The translations under genes and the position numbers were made by a program. This document shows positions 24,879 through 36,294 of a stretch of 64,000 bases of DNA, in pieces. Below the pieces are notes generated by a model. That model was given only the letters and a program-made list of their open reading frames with translations, made no database searches and was not told the origin of the DNA. Source of the DNA: Octopus sinensis (Eukaryota); contig NC_042997.1 in the NCBI RefSeq assembly GCF_006345805.1, forward strand, positions 16,368,001 through 16,432,000, given 5' to 3'. The number at the start of each line of letters is the position of its first letter. Position 1 is the stretch's first letter.

Positions 24879-27039
24879 GTTATATTTACTTAGACATAGT
24901 ATGGTTGAATGGTTAAGAACTTTGCTACATAACCACAAGGCCCTGTATTTGATCCCGCTGCTTGGCAATTTGGTCACATCGTTTATTTTTAACTTCTACA
25001 TTTTATGAGTGAAACTGCGTCGACGAAAACCGGGTAAAAGCCTGTTGCATGAATTGTACTTGTAATTAAAAAAATACAGCCTTGTCAGTCTGATTTTGCT
25101 TGAGAGCTACTTTAAAGGTTAACATATCTATCGCATTCCCACCTACTTACACGTTAATTAAGGAGCGGGTAATTCAGATGATCGAATAGCTGAATCCTGC
25201 TCATCAGACGACAGAGATCCACCACCACCACCACCATACGTTTACTTGAACATATACTGTATTAGGTGCAGAATGTGTGAAATAGATTCAAAACAATCAG
25301 GTTGACTCTAAATTAACTATAACATTAAAAATAACACTAAAATAACAACCAAGCTCTTTAATGTTGTCTCGTCACTTTGTGTGTAACGATGATGTACATA
25401 GGCTATTGTAGTGGTTTTTTTTTTTAGGTGTCCCAATCATGTCTGGCTACATGCTGTTGTCTAACAAATTCATTTTCAAGGGGGAATGCTTTGCGCTGCT
25501 TAGTTTCTGAATTCGGTTTGAGTAACGAGATCCTAATTGAAGCTATACGAAATTATAATTCGTGAACATTTATTGATAATATTTAGCGAGTATAAATATG
25601 GCTCCAACCGAGAATCGTATCGTGTCCGACATATTAAACCTATAAAAAAAATATATACCTCTATTCATTCATTCGCCTCGACATTATTAACAATTAAGTT
25701 GATAGCGAGAATAAAAAGCGATGAGTTGACAGAATCGTTTGCACAACAGAGAAAATACTTGAGCAGCATTTCTTCCAGCGTTATGTTCTGAGTTCAAATG
25801 CCGTCGAGGTCGATAAAAATATTTCAGTCAAATACTAGGGGCAATGTAATCGACTGACCCCCTTCCCCAAAATTCAAAGCCTTCTGCCAATATTAGAAAG
25901 AATAATAAATGTTGACTGCGTGAATGAAATTGTTTTCTCACACCATCCATTCTGTGAATTCTTAAAATGAGTTCGTAGATGGCGAAATGGATTGGACACC
26001 GGCGGTTAACATTACTGATATTATATTGTATCCAACGCCAAGACAGCTGTCAATAGCAGTGTCATCCTTACAATTAATAAATTCTATGAATGGTGCTGTA
26101 GCAGTGATTCGAAACCTAACCGCTAGGTACCAGGTCAGACACCATGATCGAACCACAATAGTCTCACATGATCGGTCTATTAAGCAGCCAATCAGCATGA
26201 AGCTGTCACGTAATTCAATCTTCTAGAATTCCCTTCTTGTACAATACTAAAGTGCCGCTTTTGATGCCTGTATTCTTTATAGAATCTCAAAGCATCTGAG
26301 CAACATGTGTCTCCATTCTTGCCATCTGTCGGTTCCAGACATTTGCACAAGCAACTCCATGTTCTTGGTCAGACTGAGCTAAACATTTCTCATAAATTAC
26401 TTTTTCGAATACGGCACAGTTTTCCCTTCTGTTCTAGTTTGCAATTTTTGCTATTTTTAATTGTAAATGGCCAACGCAGTTTGTCTTTATGTGCAACAAT
26501 AAATGTTTCTGTTAAATGTCCGCAGGTGTTGTTCGGTTACTTCTTCACGCAGTAAAGAAACCTATTTTCATTCTTTAATTCCAGTAGCTACCACGGAAAC
26601 ATCGACGAATCCACCATAACACAAGTCGTGACATCTGGTGACATAGTCATTAACACCTCTACAGTGTAATTTCACTGCTATAAACTGCGATAACATTGGA
26701 ATTGTTATTTGCAGAATTAATTTCAATGCCTTCTACCAGACAAAGCTAATGCTATCTACAATTGAAAAGCATCTTATCTAAAGACTAATAATTTAACTTT
26801 CAATAGCTTAATACTTCAGAATTAGAATGTAAGCTCCAGCACTTTGAATCCATTTGATTTTAATAAAAGCCTATCTTTTGGCTTTAGCTTCAAGTTAATC
26901 TTTAACAGGAAACACAGCTTACTGTCTATGGGGAGACATCTTTGTAGGTTAAAGAAATAAAACACCACCAGTATTTTACTGGGGCTTGTATCATCCAACT
27001 TAGCATAGGTTGGCCTTGAGCCGAAATACAAGACCGTAA

Positions 27040-27480
27040 TGTTTTAGGAAAACATTAAGGCTAAACTACGAATTAAAGTAGTGGAGAGGCCTGGTTCCCC
27101 TTTAAAAGCCCTGATCTGCAATACATATCATTTTGATAAGTCCCCCTGTACGGAGTAAAATTGTGTTGTGTGTAGGATGAACCCACAAGTTAACTGTAAG
27201 GTTAGAAATGTAGTGTATAAATGTAGTGTATAGCTTACGATGTACTAAAGGACGATGCAGAAACATGACAGCTATCTACATAGGAGAGACTGCACGCATC
27301 ATAGGAGAGCGTATAGATGGACATTGGTGGGAGCTCAAAGAAGGAAAAAGCTCGTCAGTGCTCTACCAACATGCTCAGGTAGAACATGGAGGCTCGATTA
27401 ATAGCATAGAGGTTAAAGTACTAACGACACATAGAACTGACATGACACTTAGATTACAGAAGTTACACACATAACAATAG
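27040..27480 (+). pseudogene. Penelope-like element remnant (Zn-finger linker plus GIY-YIG endonuclease)
   Basis: LRIKVVERPGSPLK...C..CVVC....C..RNVVY then YSLRC...IYIGETARIIGERIDGH, the typical PLE GIY-YIG architecture. Confidence 0.75.
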
Positions 27481-27933
27481 ACAAACCGAGCCTCAATAGA
27501 AAACATGAATGAAACAGTAACACCTACCACCACACCACAGGACTAAAGACAGTAGGGATTTGAAGAGAGAGGGAAAAGGGAAAAAACGTAAATAATACAC
27601 AGATACATACAGAGTAATACACACACAATAGACATATATGTACTTACCTGTGATAAAATATATAAATAGATAAAAAAAAACTAATATATAAATATATCTG
27701 CCACATACCAGTAATAAATGTAAGACAGAGATAGATAATATAAATAAATAAAACTATATAAAGGGCATGGCTACATACGAAGCGAACCCATTCACACACA
27801 CAAACACACACACATGACACCTCATGGATGGCCATATGATGTCAACAACACAACTGACACGGTCAGTAACAGCGGCGGTGCCGACGAGGGCAATAACAAC
27901 AACAACAACAACAACTATCACGAGGGCAACACC

Positions 27934-28167
27934 TATTTCTTTACTACCCACAAGGGGCTAAACACATAGGGGACAAACAAGGACAGACAAACAGATTAAG
28001 TCGATTATATCGACCCCAGTGCGTAACTGGTACTTAATTTATCGACTCCGAAAGGATGAAAGGCAAAGTCGACCTCGGCGGAATTTGAACTCGGAACGTA
28101 GCGGCAGGCGAAAAACGGTTACGCATTTCGCCCGGCGTGTTAACGATTCTGCCAGCTCGCCGCCCTT
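27934..28167 (-). mobile_element. tRNA-derived SINE, family A (Tx1-like tail)
   Basis: Full copy with duplicated flank GGGCAACACC on both sides. Confidence 0.85.
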
Positions 28168-28594
28168 AGTGGGCAACACCGTGGACGAACACACATACAG
28201 AGGAATACAAGAACTGTACCTTTTTTTGTTTTTTCCTCAGGTCTTAGGACAGCAGCAGCACAATGGGGTGAGAGGTTGTGGAAGGCCACACTGCTGCTAA
28301 AAACTAAGACACGCACACAAGCATACACGCGCGCGCACACACATAAAAGGACACAAACGCATGCGTACATAAGGATACACATCTTAGAAGAACAGAATGG
28401 AGTAAGTAGAGCAAGAACACACACGGAAACGAAAAGTGTCGCTGAAGAGGTCACAGATGTGTAACGAAAGATTTCCGGACAATGGATAGGCGTTAAAATA
28501 ATAAAATAACAGTAATAAATGAGTGAAGAAAAATATATATATAGTGCGAGTGTTTATTTGGTAAATAAATAAAATGACAATCCCGAAATACAAC

Positions 28595-28602
28595 AATATA
28601 GG

Positions 28603-28677
<75 letters not shown>

Positions 28678-28821
28678 GTAAGTAGGTAGGTAGGTAGGTA
28701 GGTAGGTAGGTAGGTAGGTAGGTAGGTAGGTAGGTAGGTAGACAGATAGATAGAAAGACTGACTGACAGACAGACAGGCAGGCAGGTAGGCAGAGAGACA
28801 GACAGACAGACAGACAGATAA
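28595..28821. repeat. Compound (GATA)/(GGTA)/(GACA) microsatellite
   Basis: Directly visible; abuts the Tx1 3' end. Confidence 0.95.
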
Positions 28822-30011
28822 GTTTCTTTATTGGCCACACAGGGCTGCACACAGATGGGACAAGTTACAAGGTAGAGCTTTTCTTTTGGGGGATGAAAAA
28901 ACCAAAAAAAAAAATGGAGTGGCGTAGGTTTTCGATCAAGCGGGATCGTAAAAGGGAAGAAAAGAACAAAAAAAAAAAAAGAATAAAAAGAAAGAAAAAA
29001 GAAAAGGAAAAGGAACAAAAGAAAAGAGAAATGAAAAAAGAAGAAAAAAGGGGAAAAAAAGGGGAAGAGGAAAAAAAAGAACGATCAATAGGGATCGTGT
29101 ATCACAGTGTTATGATATATGGTGTAAAGAGGAAAGCAAGTAAGGTTTATCCGTGGGAAGAAAAACCTACGAAAAAGACCACGGTAACCTTGGTCAATAT
29201 TGTTATATGTTACCACATTTGTTTGCAAGTGGGTAACCCTCTGTTTTCAATTTCTGGGTTCATAGGATTAAGCTCAAGGTGGCTTCGTCATTCATACGTG
29301 CCATCCTTGCTACATTCACCCATCTTTTTTTAAAACATTCGCTAGACAAAACTTGCCTCTCTACTTTCACTTTCCTTTTCAAGTGGTACTTGAAGAAGTT
29401 GATGAAAGATTGACCAGAGAGGAAAGTGTTTGTCTCCAATCCTTTCAGACGCGTCCACCAGATACATTCTTTCGCCATAGCCACAAGGATGATGAAAATA
29501 GCTCTTCCTTCCCGTTTGAAGGAAGGAGGCGTGACAATATTGACGATAGACTCAGCTGATAAACCGACTCGTCCCACACGTGACAGCAGTTGTTCGACAC
29601 AAGCCCACAGGTCGGAAATTGTTGGACACTGCACGAGTGCGTGCAGAACGGTTTCGTCGCTCCGACCGCATCTCGGGCAGGTCGGCCCCGTGTTTCTCGA
29701 GCCGTGTCTGTAGAGCTTATCCCGAACGGGTAGCGCTTCTCGGTAACACTGCCAGGCCAGGGATCTCTGGAAGTTGTCCATGGGCCCTGGCCCGAAAGTC
29801 GTCCTGAACAGGCGGGTCAGGTACTCCTCGTCGACGTCCAGGTTCGCCCCGAGCTCGTCGTCGTACCTCCCCTCCACTAATCCCCTATAGAATGCTTTGG
29901 TTGTGTTGAAGTCACTCAAGGTCGACCCAGGACGGCAGAGTTGCTTGAGAGCAACGCGACACTCGCGGTGCCATTCGCCCTTCCTCGGCCTCTTTTTGAT
30001 CCACGACTGCA
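28822..30011 (-). mobile_element. Tx1-clade (L1-like) LINE copy 2, strongly 5'-truncated
   Basis: ORF 29260-29919 nearly identical to the C-terminus of the 30690-33740 ORF; 3' UTR ends AATAAAGAAAC directly into (TATC/TGTC)n. Confidence 0.93.
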
Positions 30012-30060
30012 GAGACTGACTGACAGACTGACTGACAGACAGACAGGCAGGCAGGTAGGC

Positions 30061-30095
<35 letters not shown>

Positions 30096-30108
30096 TAGAT
30101 AGATAGAT

Positions 30109-30180
<72 letters not shown>

Positions 30181-30300
30181 GCAGGTAGGTAGATAGACAG
30201 ACAGACAGACAGACAGATAGACAGACAGACAGATAGATAGATAGACAGACTGACTGACAGACTGACTGACAGACAGACAGGCAGATAGATAGATAGATAT
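30012..30300. repeat. Compound (GACT/GACA/GATA)n microsatellite between the two Tx1 copies
   Basis: Directly visible. Confidence 0.95.
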
Positions 30301-33300
30301 GTTTCTTTATTAGCCACACAGGGCTGCACACAGATAGAACAAATTACAAGGTAGAGCTTTTCTTTTGAAGGTTTAAAAAAAAAAAAAAAAAGGAAGGGGG
30401 AGTTTCGATCAAAAGGGATCGTAAAAGGAGAGAAAGAGGACAAAAGAAAGGGGGTGTTAAAAAAAAAAAAAAAAAGGGGGAGAGGAAAAAAAAATTGATC
30501 AATAGGGATCGTTATCACAGAAATGTCAATATGAAGTGTAAAGGGGAGGACAGGTGAGGTTTACCCGTGGAAAGAAAAGCCTACGGAAAAGACCACGGTA
30601 ACCTCGGTCAATGAAGTCACATTTTATATTTCTTTTTTTTTTTTTTTTTTTTTTGCAAATAAGCAACTCTCTGTTTTCGATTTCTGGGTTCATAGGACTA
30701 TGCTCAAGGTGGCTTCGTCATTCATACGTGCCATTCTTGCTACATTCACCCATCTTTTTTTAAAACATTCGCTAGACAAAACTTGCCTCTCTACTCTCAC
30801 TTTCCTTTTCAAGTGGTACTTGAAGAAGTTGATGAGAGATTGACCAGAGAGGAAAGTGTTTGTCTCCAATCCTTTCAGACGCGTCCACCAGATACATTCT
30901 TTCGCCATAGCCACAAGGATGATGAAAATAGCTCTTCCTTCCCGTTTGAAGGAAGGAGGCGTGACAATATTGACGATAGACTCAGCTGATAAACCGACTC
31001 GTCCAACACGTGACAGCAGTTGTTCGACATAAGCCCACAGGTCGGAAATTGTTGGACACTGAACGAGTGCGTGCAGAACGGTTTCGTCGCTCTGACCGCA
31101 TCTCGGGCAGGTCGGCCCCGTGTTTCTCGAGCCGTGTCTGTAGAGCTTATCCCGAACGGGTAGCGCTTCTCGGTAGCACTGCCAGGCCAGGGATCTCTGG
31201 AAGTTGTCCATGGGCCCTGGCCCGAAAGTCGTCCTGAACAGGCGGGTCAGGTACTCCTCGTCGACGTCCAGGTTCGCCCCGAGCTCGTCGTCGTACCTCC
31301 CCTCCACTAAACCCCTATAGAATGCTTTGGTTGTGTTGAAGTCACTTAAGGTCGACCCAGGACGGCAGAGTTGCTTGAGAGCAACGCGACACTCGCGGTG
31401 CCATTCGCCCTTCCTCGGCCTCTTTTTGATCCACGACTGCAGTTCGGTCATGGAGACGAGCTGCGGGAAAGCGTGCCTCACAAACGGCGACCACACCTGT
31501 TCACCGTCGTCTACATAGAGCCAGAGATGTCGCAGTCTCAGCGCGTGTCTGCGCATCATCAACCACGGCATGCCCAGCCCTCCTTTTAACGGGTGTTGAC
31601 AGCAAATGGATCGCCTGACCATCGGGACGCATCCTTTCCACAAGAAGCGAAAGAGGATGCGTTGTAGTTTGGTGATGGTAGGGTCGGGACAAGGTACGAC
31701 GGTCAGGCGGTAGTAGATGACGGACGCGATGTACGTGTTCGCCACCTCCGCTCGACCTTTTAGGGACAGTTTCCTCTCGGCCCATTGCCGGGCGAGAGTG
31801 ACCACCCTACTCGTTATCTCGTTCCAGTTCTTCTCCACTTGGAGGTCCGGACCAAACCAGACCCCGAGCAACTCAACCGGGCCGTCGGTCCAGCGTCCCA
31901 CGACGGAGGCGCTGGTGGACGGCATGGGCTTGCTTCTCCAGGTGCCTAGTCGCAAGCCCACTGACTTTTCCCGGTTGATTTTCGCTCCTGTCACCGCTTC
32001 GTAGTTTTTCAGTGTCTCGCCGACCAGCTCGATGTGCTCGTGGCTAGACACTATGACGGTGACGTTGTCCGCGTATGCAGACACGCTCGTCCCGCATCCC
32101 AATTCTCGCGGGATGCCCCTTAGAGTCGCCAGCTTCCGCAGTAGTGGCTCAAGAGTCAATACGTATAGAAGCGCCGAGAGGGGGCATCCCTGACGGACCG
32201 AACGTGCAATGTCGAAAGGTCTCGATAGATGTCCATTTACGCGAATTACCGAACGGATGCCTCTGTACAAGGCAGCTATCCAGCCGCGGAAGACGGGACC
32301 GAAACCAGCCGCTCTCAGGACTGCCTCCAAGTATCGATGGTCTACCCTATCAAAGGCTTTCGATTGATCCAAGTTGATCAGGGCCCCACCCATGCCAGGT
32401 TCGTTAACTACCCTGTCTATGATGTAGCGCATCAGATGGAGGTTGTCATGGATGGTCCGGCCTGGCACGGCGCATGTTTGCGCCTTGTCGACCAGTTTCT
32501 CGATGACAAGCGCCAACCTCTTGGCTAGCACCTTGGCCAAAATTTTCAAGTCTGCATTAAGCAGAGTGATGGGCCTAAAGTTATCTATTACATTTCCCTT
32601 GTTTAGATCTTTCTTCAGCAGTGTTACGGCTCCTCGGCTCACAAAACCAGGAATGCTCCCGTTTTGCTGCCAGTTGCAGTACACCGCCGCCAAGAGATCT
32701 CCAAACAAGTCTGGCATACAATTGTAAAGCTCGTAGGGTAGACCATCCAAACCCGGTGATTTGTCCCTCGAGCATTCTGCCATCGCTTCCCGCACTTCCG
32801 CCGCCGTGATGGCACCTTCGCAGCACCCTGCCCTTCTTGTCGAGAGTCGTGGTAGGCTATGTAGGTAGGCACTGAAGTCCACCCTACGTTCTTGCCCTCC
32901 ACTCGTTCCGAACAGTCGGGCAAAATGCTGCTGAAAGGCCTCACACATTTTACTTGGCTCGAGCAATTCGCGCCCCTGTTCATCCACGAGTGACCGAATG
33001 GAGGCTTTGTTGCCCTGTTGCGCCCCTGCCACCCGGGCCTCTCTCGCGGCTCCAACACCTTCGTTCCTTAGAGCACGCATCCTAGCTCTGACAGCACATC
33101 CTTCGTGTTTGGCGTTGAAGTGTTGGTCGAGGGCCAACCTCGCCGCCAAAACGTCGGATGCGATGCCGCTTCTAATTGCCTCTTCTAGCTTCTTAACTAG
33201 CTCACCCTCTACTCTATTTCTATCTATGGCTAGTGCTTTGCTGTACCTAATCGCTTCTGCTTTTACTGCTCTCTTGAGGGCAAACCACCATTTGTTGTTG

Positions 33301-33914
33301 ATGATGGCTCCCGTCAAAGCCCTCTTTACTAGTGTGCTAATCCGGTCTCTGAAAACTTGTCTCGATGGGAAAGATGCGTTTAGTTTCCAGTATCCGGGAC
33401 CTTGCCTAAGTGTCTTACCTAAGTCTAGCGTACATGTCACAAGTTTGTGATCCGTGTAGCTGACTATGTGGAATTGTGGACATCCTATGCTATCTCTATC
33501 TACTGTCCTACACAGTATCCTATCTAGATACGATCTCGACGACCCGATGCGGTTGCTCCATGTCCACGTTGGCGCATTTGGGTGGTCTAGTCGGAACCTG
33601 TCAGACAGTTGAAAGCGTCTGAGCAGGTCTCTGAGGCATTTGCATCCCCGTCTATTCCTATCTCTACCCACGTAGTCTACATGCGTGTCCAAGGTAGCAT
33701 TCCAATCCCCCACTAAGAGTAAAGGACGAGATGTTCCCAAGAAAACTTCTAGACGCTGAAAGAAATCCGCCCGACCTGTTAAGGGCGGTGCGTAAACTGA
33801 TACGAGTCGAAAAGCGCACCCATTGCTGCCGTCGATATCCAGGACGACCAGTCTACCCTCCGGGTCTACGAATATTGTCCTTACATTGAGATCCAGACTC
33901 TTGTGAAAAAGTAC

Positions 33915-33915
<1 letters not shown>
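30301..33915 (-). mobile_element. Tx1-clade (L1-like) LINE copy 1, 5'-truncated within the endonuclease
   Basis: ORF2 plus ~390-bp 3' UTR ending AATAAAGAAAC; (TATC)n on both flanks. Confidence 0.95.
30690..33914 (-). CDS. LINE ORF2 (APE endonuclease, RT, C-terminal CCHC), open but lacking its N-terminus
   Basis: The frame stays open 58 codons upstream of the listed ORF. APE motifs VYAP, GDWN, YLDRI and TDH; RT motifs PGLDG, NFRPITLLN, DQSKAFDRV, RQGCPLS and YADN; CPRC...HALVQC. Confidence 0.9.
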   Translation of the reverse strand, partial: VLFHKSLDLNVRTIFVDPEGRLVVLDIDGSNGCAFRLVSVYAPPLTGRADFFQRLEVFLGTSRPLLLVGDWNATLDTHVDYVGRDRNRRGCKCLRDLLRRFQLSDRFRLDHPNAPTWTWSNRIGSSRSYLDRILCRTVDRDSIGCPQFHIVSYTDHKLVTCTLDLGKTLRQGPGYWKLNASFPSRQVFRDRISTLVKRALTGAIINNKWWFALKRAVKAEAIRYSKALAIDRNRVEGELVKKLEEAIRSGIASDVLAARLALDQHFNAKHEGCAVRARMRALRNEGVGAAREARVAGAQQGNKASIRSLVDEQGRELLEPSKMCEAFQQHFARLFGTSGGQERRVDFSAYLHSLPRLSTRRAGCCEGAITAAEVREAMAECSRDKSPGLDGLPYELYNCMPDLFGDLLAAVYCNWQQNGSIPGFVSRGAVTLLKKDLNKGNVIDNFRPITLLNADLKILAKVLAKRLALVIEKLVDKAQTCAVPGRTIHDNLHLMRYIIDRVVNEPGMGGALINLDQSKAFDRVDHRYLEAVLRAAGFGPVFRGWIAALYRGIRSVIRVNGHLSRPFDIARSVRQGCPLSALLYVLTLEPLLRKLATLRGIPRELGCGTSVSAYADNVTVIVSSHEHIELVGETLKNYEAVTGAKINREKSVGLRLGTWRSKPMPSTSASVVGRWTDGPVELLGVWFGPDLQVEKNWNEITSRVVTLARQWAERKLSLKGRAEVANTYIASVIYYRLTVVPCPDPTITKLQRILFRFLWKGCVPMVRRSICCQHPLKGGLGMPWLMMRRHALRLRHLWLYVDDGEQVWSPFVRHAFPQLVSMTELQSWIKKRPRKGEWHRECRVALKQLCRPGSTLSDFNTTKAFYRGLVEGRYDDELGANLDVDEEYLTRLFRTTFGPGPMDNFQRSLAWQCYREALPVRDKLYRHGSRNTGPTCPRCGQSDETVLHALVQCPTISDLWAYVEQLLSRVGRVGLSAESIVNIVTPPSFKREGRAIFIILVAMAKECIWWTRLKGLETNTFLSGQSLINFFKYHLKRKVRVERQVLSSECFKKRWVNVARMARMNDEATLSIVL

Positions 33916-33994
<79 letters not shown>

Positions 33995-33995
<1 letters not shown>

Positions 33996-34690
33996 TGGTG
34001 CCTTTTCTGAGGAAGCTCACATCCTAAGTGGTGTCCCCCAGGGAACTGTTCTGCGGCCATTATTGTTCATAATAGCACTCTTAACCCTGTGGAGAACCTT
34101 TGTTCTCAGCCGCCTGGACTACTGCTTCTAGTTATTGTTATCATATAGTGCTAAACTAACAGTGGAGATTGAAGCAGTCCAATGCCGCTACCCTAAAAAG
34201 ATTGAAACTGTGCAACGGATGAGGTACAGGAATAGGCTGAGGAAACTACAACTTTACTCCCTGGAGTGAAGGCGTGAGATATATGCAATAATATACATAT
34301 GGAAAATCATAGAAGGGCGAGTATCTAACTTCGGCATTGAGTGTTATACAAATGTCAGAACTGGCTGCCATTGTATTGTACCAAAGGTACCATCCACTCC
34401 ATTTAAATTCAGGACCAGGCACTGCAATAGTCTAGGATTCAAAGGCCCACAGCTCTTTAATGCTTTGCCACAAAAATTAAGGAAATATGCATAAGGTAGA
34501 AATAGATGTCTTTAGAAAGGAACTAAACATCCTCCTCTCCACTATACCAGATCAACCAACAGCTCGACATGAGGTGCAGACGAGGGCAGCGGAATAAAAC
34601 ACCTCAGACTGAGGAAATCAGAAAGACCATGGTGGTGCTCCAGCATGACCACAGCCGCATGGCTGAAACAAGTAAAAGAATAAAAGAGTA
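33995..34690 (+). pseudogene. CR1/L2-group LINE 3' remnant with an internal deletion
   Basis: SGVPQGTVLRPLLF, then Y..RLRKLQLYSLE*RRE...IWKII...GPQLFNALP; 3' end GTGCTCCAGCATG...GAAACAAGTAAAAGAATAAAAGA. Confidence 0.8.
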
Positions 34691-34697
34691 TATATAT

Positions 34698-34785
<88 letters not shown>

Positions 34786-34830
34786 GCATATATATATATA
34801 TATATGTATGTATGTATATATATATATAAT

Positions 34831-34876
<46 letters not shown>

Positions 34877-34921
34877 CATACATACATACATACATACATA
34901 CATACATACATACATACATAC

Positions 34922-34990
<69 letters not shown>
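34690..34990. repeat. (TA)n/(CATA)n/(GA)n microsatellite complex
   Basis: Directly visible. Confidence 0.95.
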
Positions 34991-34991
<1 letters not shown>

Positions 34992-34993
34992 TA

Positions 34994-36284
34994 CAGGTTG
35001 CGTAAGATATTTGAGGACAGAATTACGTTTATAGAAAAAACAGTAAGATAACAGTATTTATAAAAACTTCTATGATCATAAAAATAAACCTTCTTTTCTA
35101 TAATATCATTCAATAAATCCACCTTCAGCTTCAAAAACTGCTTCTGTATGAGATCTATATCATCTACATGCTCGAATCAAGTGGTCCTGGTTCATTTTGG
35201 ACATTACTCTAACTATGGCAGCTTTCAAAGAATTTTTGGTGTTATGGGCGTGTTCATTGACCTCTCTTTCAACCACGCTCCACATGTAATAGTCCAATGG
35301 ATTGAGATCCGGGGACTTAAGTGGCCAAATGTTAGGGGTTATGTGATCATGAAAATCTTCAGCCATCCATTCTTGTGTTACTAAAGCCATGTGTTATAGG
35401 TGTAGAGTCCTACTGAAACACATATGACCTTCCATTGCAAACACCGTCTATCCAGGGAATAACAATTATTTCCAAGACCGCGATATAGGTGGCAGAGTTA
35501 ACTCTAAGGTATTGTGGAAAGAAGTAAGAAGGCATCACATGTCCTTCATTGCTGACAACCTCTAAAACCATGACAGCTGCAGGAAATTTTGTATGCATAA
35601 CACTTGGAACTTCAGAAGGTTCTGCACATAACTATTTGATATTTCTTGTTAACTTTTTGATCTTGGTTAAATTTTTTCTCGTTTGAGAAAAAACAAATTA
35701 AATCTTCAACAGGATTTTTCAGTTTGTATAAGAGCCTTTTAGATCTGATGTAGTGGTTTTCTTTTGCTTTTTCTGGCAAATTGACTTACCCTCATCAAAT
35801 AAGACTTATATCTGATGTCTTCGTGGACAACATTTCTGACTGTTCCTTCTGACACATGGAAATCTTTTGCAACTGACCCCATGGACTTTCTGGGATTGTA
35901 ATCAATAGTCTGTTGAACTTGCTGGATAAATTCAGGTGTTATGCTGATTTCAGAGCATTTAGAATGCTTTTTATGTTTTGATACTGGTGATACGTTTCCG
36001 TCTTCAGTCTCTAATGCTTTACAAACTTTGTAGACGAAAGATCTAGTAACTTTTAAAAATCGAGATGTTTCTAAATAGCTATGCTCAGCCTTCATAACCA
36101 CAATAACAGCATGCCTCTTCATTTCTTGAGTAAGCTGAGGGTCTACCATTATCATTTTCTGAAACAAAGACTATACAGAGTTAGCAAAAGATACAGCAAT
36201 TGATTTTTTATTACCCACAAGGGGCGACAAAAGATACAGCAATGACGCAAAAAAGGTATGTCCTCAAATACCTTACGCACCCTG
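34994..36284 (-). mobile_element. maT/DD37D-type Tc1/mariner transposon, decayed but full length
   Basis: TA-flanked TIRs CAGGTTGCGTAAGATATTTGAGGACA / TGTCCTCAAATACCTTACGCACCCTG; transposase fragments with HTH, TKFPAAVMV and WPLKSPDLNPLDY. Confidence 0.9.
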
Positions 36285-36294
36285 TATATATTCT

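Noticed and set aside
25175-25215. CTGATGA on the minus strand as a hammerhead
   Set aside because: No stem II or GAAA follows; the region looks like a degenerate SINE 3' end.
25900-26560. Coding-like degraded region
   Set aside because: Multiple stops in the minus-strand frame I read and no identifiable domain.
26915-26950. Possible 17-nt minus-strand micro-exon (AG|ATGTCTCCCCATAGACA|GTAAGC)
   Set aside because: Splice-like dinucleotides alone are expected by chance; no partner exons were identified.
31327-33450. Plus-strand and alternative-frame ORFs overlapping the Tx1 ORF2
   Set aside because: By-products of a GC-richer coding sequence; no independent motifs.
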